From assembly GCA_036825545.1 (NCBI GenBank), contig DAISYB010000020.1:11-64010 (forward strand): a stretch of 64,000 nt of DNA, in the 5' to 3' direction. The position numbers were made by a program, and so were the translations under genes. Positions 32,344 through 40,889 of this stretch are shown here, one piece after another; the first letter of the stretch is position 1, and every line of letters starts with the position of its first letter. The notes below the pieces were generated by a model, which worked only from the letters and a program-made list of their open reading frames with translations, did not search any database and was not told where the DNA came from. Source of the DNA: Crocinitomicaceae bacterium (GTDB lineage Bacteria; Bacteroidota; Bacteroidia; Flavobacteriales_D; Crocinitomicaceae).

Positions 32344-33108
32344 TTATTGAGCAATGAAGGTGTACGTTATTGTTCCATCCTGAAGCTTGGGTGCGGAGCC
32401 TGAATAGGTGAAACGAGACATTTTAGCGTATTTTACAGCTTGTTCGATCATGCAATAATTCGCATTTCTGCTTAGTGTTGGCTCGTAGGTTGCATTGGTT
32501 ACATCACCATTTTGATTCACCTTAATGCTCACTGTTACTTTGCCGGATGCACCATAACCACAGGTATAACCCGGATTCCGAACGTACCAAGTATTGTTTT
32601 GATGCGGGGGTCTGTTGCTTAAAGACCATTCGACCATTACATCACCAGAATAAGCTTTATTCCCACCATTCGTTGCACTTTGCTTGTCATTTGGATTGGT
32701 TGGATTTGACGTTTGTTGCTTTTTTCGCTCATCCATTTCTTGTTGCAACTTTTTACGCTTCTCCTCTCCTCCTGCTTCCTCAAACAGTTTTCGTTCATAA
32801 TCTTTTACAGAACGTTCTACATCTGCCGCAGACATTTTGTTGGACGACCAATTCTCACTGCTTCGTTCCCGATCATCGTTTCTATCTCGGGCGATACTTT
32901 TCACATCAGACGGATTAAAGTCACCGGGCAATTCTATATTTTCAGCTTTCAGCTGAATATCTGCGTGGTCTTCAATTCGCGCACCTTCAAAAAAAGGCCT
33001 GATCGGCTCATAAGTAGTGTGTGTTTCAAGTAAAAGGTACATGAACAAGATAACGTACCCCGCAAAGGCAGCCATTAATCCATATACTATTCTTTCCTTG
33101 ATCGCCAT
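32344..33108 (-). CDS. Membrane-anchored protein with a TonB C-terminal-like domain
   Basis: An N-terminal transmembrane segment, a charged Lys/Glu-rich linker, and a C-terminal block GKVTVSIKVNQNGDV...AVKYAKMSRF. Confidence 0.5.
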   Translation of the reverse strand: MAIKERIVYGLMAAFAGYVILFMYLLLETHTTYEPIRPFFEGARIEDHADIQLKAENIELPGDFNPSDVKSIARDRNDDRERSSENWSSNKMSAADVERSVKDYERKLFEEAGGEEKRKKLQQEMDERKKQQTSNPTNPNDKQSATNGGNKAYSGDVMVEWSLSNRPPHQNNTWYVRNPGYTCGYGASGKVTVSIKVNQNGDVTNATYEPTLSRNANYCMIEQAVKYAKMSRFTYSGSAPKLQDGTITYTFIAQ

Positions 33109-33113
33109 TATAT

Positions 33114-35225
33114 TTATTCTTCAAATACTGGTTGAATGATCCGTTGCTCTTTCAAGTAAAAGTAATGCAAATCATCACTGTTTGTCAAAACCAGAAAACT
33201 ATCGTTATGCATACGGATTTGTTGATATTCCACCGGTATTAACAATTTGCCCTTTTTATTATAAACACCAAACTTTGAACCATTCGAAACTAGATACATA
33301 TCATCACCAAGTCGGTTCACAGAAGTAAACGAGCACGGAATGACAAAATTGCCTTTCTGATCGATCACTCCGGATAGCGTTAATTGCTCCACAATCGCCT
33401 GACCATCAACAAAGCTTTCAGCGAATTCATACTGTGGTTTGAGAATTTCTTTACCTGTCAAGTCCATGAATCCCCATCCTTTTCCTTTTGTAAAGGCAAT
33501 CAATGAGCTCACTTGTCCAAGATTGCTAAATGTTGGCGCAATCACAAACTTACCGTTTCGGTCGATAACACCATATTTGCCTTTCATCACAGCAATGGCA
33601 TGTGCTCCAGAATATGCTCCTTTTTCCAGATAATTAGGAAAAGTCTCAAATTTTGGAGGCAAGACAATTTTTCCTTTTTCATCAAAATAGCCAATAAGAT
33701 CATCCTTCACATACAAGGCTCTACCATCTTTTAATTGAGCTATCTCATCATATTCAGCTTTGTGCACAGGCGTACAATTGCGCAACATCAGACCAAAGTA
33801 TTCATCATCTTCAAAAATTAACAGCGAATCTGTAAAAAAACTGATGTTATCGTAACCCGGTGGAATCAAATAGGTACCAAAAGGATCGATATAGGCTTGT
33901 CTGTCACCTAACTGTACCTTTGCCATTCCATTCGAAAAGGAATAAGCTTCATCAAAACGCTCCTCGATACGCAATGCTCCATTTTTCTCATAGAAACCGT
34001 ATTTTTCACCTTTCGCTCCATAAACGTATCCTTCCGAAACAGCTCCTAAGTCTTCGAATTCACATTCAAAAATGCGCTTTCCGCCTCTATCGATCATTCC
34101 CAGTTTTTCGTTGCACTCAACCACAGATCTTCCGTTCTCAAAATCGGAAACATTGTCAAATTCGAAGGGGATCACTACTCTATTTCCTTTATCTATAAAA
34201 CCATACTTTCCATTTTTAGCTGCGGCAGCCAAACCTTCCTTAAAAAACCCAAGTGATTCATATTGCGCCTCAATGATCACTTTTCCGGAGTAATCCATGA
34301 AACCAAAATACGTTTCATGCTTAAAAGGTAAAATCTCACGTTTGGCATACAATAGGTCAGTTTCCAAGTCCTCCGTGTAAGGAAAAGCAGGATAAGTATC
34401 TCTAAACTCATCAATTCTATTCTCTGAAAAATCAACCATAAACAATTGGTACAATCTCCTCCACGCTTCACCCACGTTGTGATTTGTAGGATAAGTTTGG
34501 ATGAATTTCTCGAATGCCAATATTGTATTTGGCTCCGTCACAATTTCATAAATACGATTTTCAGCATCATTGACATATGGATTTTCCGGACATTTCTTTA
34601 AAAATTCAACGTAAGAGATCAATGTTTTGGTAATCGTATATTCCTGGTATTGTGATCGAAAGAAATCTGCTGTTGCTTGAGGTAAAAAAGCACTTTCCGG
34701 ATATCTTTCCATGAAATAAGCATAAGCCGTACTCGTATTCAAACCCTTTGCATGATTATATGCCAATGAATCTCTTTTAAAAATCGCTGTATGGTATTCA
34801 ATCGACCATGGATGTTTATCAATAAATTCTTGATAAGCATCAACGGTATGTTTACTCTTTGCAACAACAAAGAATCCAGTACTTATGTTACGTTGTAATT
34901 CAGCAATATGAAGGTAATCGAACGAAAACTTTTTGTAACTCTCTTTCTTCTTATCCTTTAGCTGTCCATATTCTTTCTCAGCAATCAGAATGTAACGATA
35001 CGCCGAGTCTAAGGAGTGAAATGGGTTGTCTGTCCGATAAAAAATGGTTGCTAAACCGAAAGAAGCCGGTGATGGGCTACGTTTGTATGATTTCTCAAAC
35101 AGACCTTTAGCCTTAAAATAATTGAATTCCTCTAGCGCATAGAATGCCCGTTCTATTTTCCCGGCAGACACAGATCCGGTGAAACTGAGAAACAAAAAGC
35201 ACGAGAACAAAAGACGTATCCACAT
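33114..35225 (-). CDS. WG-repeat (KWG) containing protein with an N-terminal TPR-like region
   Basis: Many repeats of the type KYGFIDKGNRVVIPFEFD, KYGVIDRNGKFVIAP, and WGFMDLTGKEILKPQYE. Confidence 0.7.
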   Translation of the reverse strand: MWIRLLFSCFLFLSFTGSVSAGKIERAFYALEEFNYFKAKGLFEKSYKRSPSPASFGLATIFYRTDNPFHSLDSAYRYILIAEKEYGQLKDKKKESYKKFSFDYLHIAELQRNISTGFFVVAKSKHTVDAYQEFIDKHPWSIEYHTAIFKRDSLAYNHAKGLNTSTAYAYFMERYPESAFLPQATADFFRSQYQEYTITKTLISYVEFLKKCPENPYVNDAENRIYEIVTEPNTILAFEKFIQTYPTNHNVGEAWRRLYQLFMVDFSENRIDEFRDTYPAFPYTEDLETDLLYAKREILPFKHETYFGFMDYSGKVIIEAQYESLGFFKEGLAAAAKNGKYGFIDKGNRVVIPFEFDNVSDFENGRSVVECNEKLGMIDRGGKRIFECEFEDLGAVSEGYVYGAKGEKYGFYEKNGALRIEERFDEAYSFSNGMAKVQLGDRQAYIDPFGTYLIPPGYDNISFFTDSLLIFEDDEYFGLMLRNCTPVHKAEYDEIAQLKDGRALYVKDDLIGYFDEKGKIVLPPKFETFPNYLEKGAYSGAHAIAVMKGKYGVIDRNGKFVIAPTFSNLGQVSSLIAFTKGKGWGFMDLTGKEILKPQYEFAESFVDGQAIVEQLTLSGVIDQKGNFVIPCSFTSVNRLGDDMYLVSNGSKFGVYNKKGKLLIPVEYQQIRMHNDSFLVLTNSDDLHYFYLKEQRIIQPVFEE

Positions 35226-35312
35226 ACTACAAAAATAACGGTTCGAAATGGAAAATCGTACGAGAAAACAGTACGCTTAGTTCAAAATGAAGTAGAATTC
35301 TTCATTTTAAAG

Positions 35313-35350
35313 CAAAAAAAAACCTCCAAAACTGGAGGCTTCTATTTTTT
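35313..35350 (-). terminator. Intrinsic terminator of rpmE
   Basis: cctcca (35323-35328) pairs with tggagg (35333-35338). On the minus strand the hairpin is followed by a T9 run. Confidence 0.65.
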
Positions 35351-35365
35351 TTTCGGAGTACGAAA

Positions 35366-35620
35366 TTATTTCATCGTACGACCGTAACGGTTCTTGAACT
35401 TATCGATACGACCAGCTGTATCCACAAACTGAACGATACCAGTAAAGAATGGGTGACTCTTATGAGAGATATCCAATTTCACCAATGGATATTCATTTCC
35501 ATCCTCCCACACAATTGTTTCGCTTGATGTTGCACATGATGGACAAACGAAAGAATACTCGTTTGACATGTCTTTGAACACCACTAATCTGTAATCCTCT
35601 GGATGAATATCTTTTCTCAT
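35366..35620 (-). CDS. rpmE: 50S ribosomal protein L31, type B
   Basis: MRKDIHPEDYRLVVFKD...HPFFTG...VDTAGRIDKFKNRY. Confidence 0.9.
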   Translation of the reverse strand: MRKDIHPEDYRLVVFKDMSNEYSFVCPSCATSSETIVWEDGNEYPLVKLDISHKSHPFFTGIVQFVDTAGRIDKFKNRYGRTMK

Positions 35621-35660
35621 TTTTGAAATATTATAATGCCTTTATTCTTAAAACAGGGTG

Positions 35661-35668
35661 CAAAGTTA
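35661..35668 (-). promoter_or_regulatory. Candidate -7 box (TAACTTTG on the minus strand) for rpmE
   Basis: The plus strand reads CAAAGTTA. The box lies about 40 nt upstream of the rpmE start codon. Confidence 0.35.
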
Positions 35669-35726
35669 AACAAAGATTTTAAAAACAATAATTTTTTTAC
35701 ACAAAATAATCGTCGTCACCTTTCGT

Positions 35727-35734
35727 TATATTTG
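35727..35734 (+). promoter_or_regulatory. Candidate -7 box TATATTTG, 5 nt upstream of the ATG at 35740
   Basis: Exact TAnnTTTG match. Confidence 0.45.
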
Positions 35735-35739
35735 CAGTC

Positions 35740-37137
35740 ATGCTGAATTTAAGATCCATTTGGTACTTCACCCCCATCGTTTTACTGGTTTTAGCCGGTA
35801 ATCTAACCAGCTCTTGTAAAAAGAAAGGACTTCTATCCAAGGAGAATCTTAGCTTTTCCAAAGATACTGTTGTTTTCGATACTATTTTCACAACTATTGG
35901 CTCAACCACTCAGCAATTCAAGATATATAACCGTGAAAACCGTACAGTTCGCATTGATGAAATTGAACTTATGGGAGGAAACAGTTCACCCTTTCGTATC
36001 AATATCGACGGAATTTCAGGTATTTACATCAAGGATATTGATTTAGAGGGTAAGGACAGCTTATTTGCATTTGTAGAAGTCACCTTGGGTATTAACAGTC
36101 AGTCTCTACCGATGATTGTTGAAGACTCCATTCGTTTCCGAACAAACGGGAAGGATCAATATGTGAAATTGGCCGTTTGGGGACAAGATGCTTACTTTCA
36201 TTATAAAGATTTGAATGAAGGAACATGGCCAAATGACAAGCCTCACGTGATCTACGGCTATGCTGCGGTTGACTCTGCCAAGTCCTTAACTATCCCGGCA
36301 GGAACGAAAATTCATTTACACAAAAATGCTTTGCTTTACGTGTACAAGGGATCCTTAGATGTACAAGGTGAACTGAACAACGAGGTGGTTTTTCAAGGAG
36401 ATCGCCTGGAAGCATGGTACCAGGAAGTTACCGGTCAATTTTACGGGATCTATTTTCACGAGGCACGGCCTTCAACGATCAATTATGCCATTGTGAAAAA
36501 TGGTATTTCAGGAGTGCATTTGTATTCAAAGGATCCTGACTTTAATCCGCAATACACGTTAACCATAACCAATACTAAACTCATTAATAATGCGCGTTAC
36601 GGAATTTTTATATACTCTGGCGCTAAAGTTAAAGCCGAAAATTGTGTCATAGCGAGAAACGGAACGCATGCTCTACTGGTTTTGGAAGGCGGGGATTTTA
36701 ATTTCAATCACTGTAATCTGGTCGGCTATGGTCCGGCTACAGGTCCTGCAGTGGGAATCAGCAACTATTACAACGATTACGCGAATGCCACCCAAAATAT
36801 TGGATCGATCAATGAAGGAATCATATACAACTCAGTGATTTATGGAAATCAAAACAGTGAAATTGCGTTTGACACAATTAGTGATGCTGCTATTACGTTA
36901 AGTTTTGACATTCGCAATTGCTTGATCAAGCGAACACCGGCTGGCACAGACAATTTTTACAGCAACATATTTTGGAACCACAATCCACTGTTCAATGATG
37001 TTCAAACCTATAATTTCCTGTTTCCTGCTAATTCAAAACTCAATAATAATGGCTTTTCCACTAGTGTAGAATTTGATATCAATGGAAATTCAAGAATAGG
37101 TCCTAATCCTCCGGATATTGGAGCGTATGAGAATTGA
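35740..37137 (+). CDS. Lipoprotein with right-handed parallel beta-helix repeats
   Basis: The lipobox is LTSSC. Repeated segments such as NNARYGIFIYSGAKV and RNGTHALLVLEGGDF are typical of pectin-lyase-fold repeats. Confidence 0.55.
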   Translation: MLNLRSIWYFTPIVLLVLAGNLTSSCKKKGLLSKENLSFSKDTVVFDTIFTTIGSTTQQFKIYNRENRTVRIDEIELMGGNSSPFRINIDGISGIYIKDIDLEGKDSLFAFVEVTLGINSQSLPMIVEDSIRFRTNGKDQYVKLAVWGQDAYFHYKDLNEGTWPNDKPHVIYGYAAVDSAKSLTIPAGTKIHLHKNALLYVYKGSLDVQGELNNEVVFQGDRLEAWYQEVTGQFYGIYFHEARPSTINYAIVKNGISGVHLYSKDPDFNPQYTLTITNTKLINNARYGIFIYSGAKVKAENCVIARNGTHALLVLEGGDFNFNHCNLVGYGPATGPAVGISNYYNDYANATQNIGSINEGIIYNSVIYGNQNSEIAFDTISDAAITLSFDIRNCLIKRTPAGTDNFYSNIFWNHNPLFNDVQTYNFLFPANSKLNNNGFSTSVEFDINGNSRIGPNPPDIGAYEN

Positions 37138-37209
37138 TGTTAGGATGTTAGGATTTTAGGATATTAGGATGTTAGGACTATAGGATATCCGGACTTTAAG
37201 ACATTAGAC
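37138..37209. repeat. Tandem 8-bp repeat, about 9 units (consensus TGTTAGGA)
   Basis: The units read tgttagga tgttagga ttttagga tattagga tgttagga ctatagga tatccgga ctttaaga cattagac. The repeat starts immediately after the stop codon at 37135-37137. Confidence 0.85.
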
Positions 37210-37218
37210 GGGAATGAA

Positions 37219-37266
37219 GTGTATAGTGTTCAGTACAACATTTTGACTGCACTAAGCACTATACAC
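37219..37266. terminator. Long hairpin between convergent genes (possible bidirectional terminator)
   Basis: Perfect 10-bp stem: gtgtatagtg (37219-37228) pairs with cactatacac (37257-37266). The loop is 28 nt and has some internal pairing. There is no clear U-tract. Confidence 0.4.
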
Positions 37267-37280
37267 TAACTACCTAGATT

Positions 37281-39116
37281 TTAATTCAACACTATCTTTT
37301 GAATGCGCTGAACGTCTGAATTTCCTATTCGAACGATATACGTTCCTGTTGACAGATCATTAGCATCGAACTCGTGCTGCATTGCCCCATTGATGATCTT
37401 TTTTGAAGCGTAACGCACCATTCTTCCACTCATCTCATAAACCTCAACTGCTACATCTGAATTAAGCTCAGCACCTTCAAGAGAAACGATTAAATTACCA
37501 TTTGATGCATACGCTTTCATTAAGGCTTGTTCTAACTTGTTTTGTGGTGTATTGGCCATTTGCTCCATGTCAAACGAAAAAATTCGTGTGCGACGAGAAC
37601 CTGAAGATCCAATGTATTCACCTGTAAACCAAAATGTAGTTCCGTTAGGATCTAAAGACATGTGAGCATAATCACCATAGCGGTTACCACCTGATTGAGC
37701 ACTGATTCCAGAGACAGCGATCTGCTCCATCATCGACATTTCACCCAAAGGCATATTGGCATAGCGACCTGTAAAACCGAGTCCAGGGAATGAGTTTGGT
37801 CCGGAAATGGAGTACGCCAAACCAATGTTTTTGTTCATATCCATTGCAATACTACCAATGAAGCGACTGTCGCCATCAGCAGGAGCAAAGGTTCCTTCCT
37901 GGTACACTGAAAACTGAGCAGTTGCTTCATCTTGTCTCAACTCATACCAACGGATACCACCGGTATTGTTATTGTCAATATCAACGACCATACACAAAGT
38001 CACGGAATTGTATCCCGGCCAACGAATGTATTGAGCCCTATAGTTGAAGATCGAAGAGATAGCATCCAATTTCTGTGTTGAATTCTTTTGGATGATGTCG
38101 TTCCAAGAGGTAGTGAACACTGAATTGAAGGGCTGAGGGTAAAGTGTTTGATGACTCGAAATTGTTGAATTCAGAGGCGTATTCCAATCCACTTGAAACT
38201 TTAAAATGCGGATCTGGTCCTGAGCTACTCCACTCCACGAATCATCCTGAAAAAAGAACATATAGTTAGGCGTACCATAAGGAGGAAGTGCACCGTCTGC
38301 ATCTGCAGGCAAAACACTTTTAAAACCGTAATGCGTAGAGAATGATGGCAAATTCAACCCGACCATTGCGGCAGAAGCGTCACCCACTAACATTTTATCT
38401 CTTTCAAACACGACCGCATTCTTTTGGTTTGTATTGGAAGTCATGTAGTATCCATCTGCCCAAATCGAATATTTTGGATAATCCGGGAACGTTGGCATTG
38501 TAAATGAATACGTATAATAAGTTGAGGTCGGATCAGGACTTGTAGAAACGGCAAACAAAATTTGATTTGATCCCGTTTGAAACTGTGTAATCACCCAACG
38601 ATCTGCATGACGATCATACAAAACGATTGGATCTCCTGAATTCGTGCTACCCGGCCACAAAGAACTCAAGTTCAATGAATTTGTTAACGGACTTCCCAAC
38701 TTGTCGTATACTCTGTATTTTGTATTCACCGCTTGAACGTAATGATTCGGTCCTGCAGCACCTGACGGATCCGGAGGAAAAGCACCAGTTTGTCCATCAA
38801 AATTCACAATTGGACCTCTATTCATTTGTGTTCCCTGCTTATCTTGGAGAATTGGATCCATTCCCAAAGGCAAAGCATTTGGATTAACTGCTTCGGGACG
38901 CTTACGTTCCTCCCGAATAGCATGATCAGCCGCCATTTCGTTTTTTTCTTCAGCTGTTGGCAGGTCTTTCAACGGAATTGAAACCCCATGAAATACCCCA
39001 TGTTTAAAAGTAATCTGCTCATTTTCGACCTCTTGACGTAATTGTCCATTGGTCAATTGAGAAAATGAGAAGGAGCTCAAAGAAATAAGAGCAAAGGAGA
39101 GAATAGTACTTTTCAT
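37281..39116 (-). CDS. Secreted protein with a T9SS type-A C-terminal sorting domain, function unknown
   Basis: N-terminal signal peptide MKSTILSFALISLSSFSFSQ. The C-terminal ~80 aa (LIVSLEG...VYEMSGRMV...GTYIVRIGN...QKIVLN) match the pattern of the Por secretion tail. Confidence 0.65.
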   Translation of the reverse strand: MKSTILSFALISLSSFSFSQLTNGQLRQEVENEQITFKHGVFHGVSIPLKDLPTAEEKNEMAADHAIREERKRPEAVNPNALPLGMDPILQDKQGTQMNRGPIVNFDGQTGAFPPDPSGAAGPNHYVQAVNTKYRVYDKLGSPLTNSLNLSSLWPGSTNSGDPIVLYDRHADRWVITQFQTGSNQILFAVSTSPDPTSTYYTYSFTMPTFPDYPKYSIWADGYYMTSNTNQKNAVVFERDKMLVGDASAAMVGLNLPSFSTHYGFKSVLPADADGALPPYGTPNYMFFFQDDSWSGVAQDQIRILKFQVDWNTPLNSTISSHQTLYPQPFNSVFTTSWNDIIQKNSTQKLDAISSIFNYRAQYIRWPGYNSVTLCMVVDIDNNNTGGIRWYELRQDEATAQFSVYQEGTFAPADGDSRFIGSIAMDMNKNIGLAYSISGPNSFPGLGFTGRYANMPLGEMSMMEQIAVSGISAQSGGNRYGDYAHMSLDPNGTTFWFTGEYIGSSGSRRTRIFSFDMEQMANTPQNKLEQALMKAYASNGNLIVSLEGAELNSDVAVEVYEMSGRMVRYASKKIINGAMQHEFDANDLSTGTYIVRIGNSDVQRIQKIVLN

Positions 39117-39161
39117 AATTTTAGCATTTCAGCAAAGGTGCAATAAAATCAGGAGAGTTAC

Positions 39162-39197
39162 AAGAAAAAGAAAACCCCACCGAATGGCAGGGTTTTC
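39162..39197 (-). terminator. Intrinsic terminator of mdh
   Basis: gaaaaccc (39170-39177) pairs with gggttttc (39190-39197). On the minus strand the hairpin is followed by a T-rich run. Confidence 0.65.
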
Positions 39198-39217
39198 AAC
39201 ATATTTACATGCTAATC

Positions 39218-40156
39218 TTATGCAGTCATGTTCATGTTATCCAACACGTCCATTACACTTTTTACGGCAGCAGCTGATTCTTCCAACAATGCTTTTTCAG
39301 CCTCATTCAAATCCAATTCGATAATTTTCTCGATACCATTCTTACCAAGTACAACCGGTACGCCAAGATAGATATCTTTCATACCGTATTCACCTTGCAA
39401 CCATGCACATACCGGGAAGATACGTTTTTGGTCACGGATAACAGCCTCAACCATTTGCGCAGCAGCTGCACCGGGAGCATACCATGCAGAAGTACCCAAC
39501 AATTTAACAATTTCTCCACCACCAAATTTCGTACGCTCAATGATTTCGTTCAATTTCTCCTCAGAGATCAATTCTGTTACAGGAATACCTGAAACTGTTG
39601 TATAACGTGGAAGCGGCACCATTGTATCACCATGTCCACCCATCAACACTGCTTGAATATCTTTCGGAGAAACGTTCAATTCCAAAGCAAGGAATGAGCG
39701 GTAGCGCGCTGTGTCTAATACACCCGCCATTCCAAATACTTTTGACGAATCAACTTTTGCAGCAAGATAAGCGCAGTATGTCATTACATCCAAAGGATTC
39801 GAAACGATAATAATGATCGCGTTTGGAGAAAACTTGATCACATTTTCTGTAACTGACTTAACGATTCCAGCATTCGTAGCGATAAGATCATCGCGCGACA
39901 TTCCCGGTTTTCTTGGTAATCCTGAAGTGATCACAACCACATCTGAATCAGCAGTCTTCGAATAATCATTCGTTGAACCTACCGTTCTTGAATCGTACAA
40001 ATTGATCGGAGATGTTTCCCAGATATCAAGTGCTTTACCTTCTGCAAATCCTTCTTTAATATCCAAAAGAACGATCTCATTTGCGATCTCTCTGTGTGCA
40101 AGGACGTCAGCGCATGTCGCTCCAACATTTCCAGCACCAACTACAGTTACTTTCAT
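39218..40156 (-). CDS. mdh: Malate dehydrogenase (LDH-like MDH)
   Basis: MKVTVVGAGNVGATCA, GLPRKPGMSRDDL, and GGHGDTMVP. Confidence 0.95.
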   Translation of the reverse strand: MKVTVVGAGNVGATCADVLAHREIANEIVLLDIKEGFAEGKALDIWETSPINLYDSRTVGSTNDYSKTADSDVVVITSGLPRKPGMSRDDLIATNAGIVKSVTENVIKFSPNAIIIIVSNPLDVMTYCAYLAAKVDSSKVFGMAGVLDTARYRSFLALELNVSPKDIQAVLMGGHGDTMVPLPRYTTVSGIPVTELISEEKLNEIIERTKFGGGEIVKLLGTSAWYAPGAAAAQMVEAVIRDQKRIFPVCAWLQGEYGMKDIYLGVPVVLGKNGIEKIIELDLNEAEKALLEESAAAVKSVMDVLDNMNMTA

Positions 40157-40204
40157 TGTATTTTGATTGAATTAATACTTAGTATTTTGTCGCGACGAAA
40201 ATAA

Positions 40205-40212
40205 TACTTTTG
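40205..40212 (+). promoter_or_regulatory. Candidate -7 box TACTTTTG upstream of the ECF sigma gene
   Basis: TAnnTTTG match about 105 nt upstream of the proposed GTG start. Confidence 0.3.
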
Positions 40213-40317
40213 TTAGATAAAAAAGGTATATTCAACCGCAAATATTGTCATTCAATATTTTTTTTTGCTCTAGAGGCAACTACCAAAACGCAACTGCGTC
40301 ATTGTAACGAAACAAAT

Positions 40318-40887
40318 GTGGAAAACAGGAAACAATTAGAAGCGATTATTGAAGGCTGTCTGCGTAATAGCAGGCGTTCGCAAGAAGAATTGTTCCGACT
40401 CTACTACGGAAAGATGTTATCTGTGTGTATGCGTTATACGAACGATAAAGATACAGCACAGGAGGTCCTTCAGGAAGGTTTCATAAAGATCTTTGATAAA
40501 TTGGGAGCATTCGACTACAAAGGTTCATTTGAAGGATGGATACGCAGAATTGTCGCTAACACGGCAATTGATGCGATCCGAAGATCCAAAAAGGATCCTT
40601 TTTTATCGGATAATGATAATGACTTCAAACTAGGGGCAGAAGACCGAATGGTAGAGCAAGAAGAAATGGAACTGAAAGATCTGAAAGCTGAGATCGCATT
40701 AGAGGCCATTCAACAACTTTCACCTGCGTACAGATCGGTTTTTAACTTGTATGTTTTGGAGAACTATTCCCACAAAGAGATCGGTGAGTTACTTGGTATA
40801 AGCGAAGGAACGTCAAAATCCAACCTTGCGAAAGCCCGGATAAACTTGCAAAAGATATTAAATGAAAAATTCATGAATATTGATTAG
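40318..40887 (+). CDS. ECF-subfamily RNA polymerase sigma-70 factor
   Basis: Region 2 is LFRLYYGKMLSVCMRYTNDKDTAQEVLQEGFIKIF. Region 4 is YRSVFNLYVLENYSHKEIGELLGISEGTSKSNLAKAR. GTG at 40318 is chosen because the upstream part of the track ORF (from TTG at 40210) has no sigma homology. Confidence 0.8.
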   Translation: MENRKQLEAIIEGCLRNSRRSQEELFRLYYGKMLSVCMRYTNDKDTAQEVLQEGFIKIFDKLGAFDYKGSFEGWIRRIVANTAIDAIRRSKKDPFLSDNDNDFKLGAEDRMVEQEEMELKDLKAEIALEAIQQLSPAYRSVFNLYVLENYSHKEIGELLGISEGTSKSNLAKARINLQKILNEKFMNID

Positions 40888-40889
40888 AC

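Noticed and set aside
37138-37209. A possible CRISPR array.
   Set aside because: The units are 8 bp and contiguous, with no spacers. No cas genes lie nearby. This is a simple tandem repeat.
40210-40317. The upstream part of the sigma-factor ORF (TTG start at 40210 in the ORF track).
   Set aside because: The extra 36 residues have no sigma-70 homology and overlap the predicted -7 box. GTG at 40318 gives a normal-length ECF sigma.
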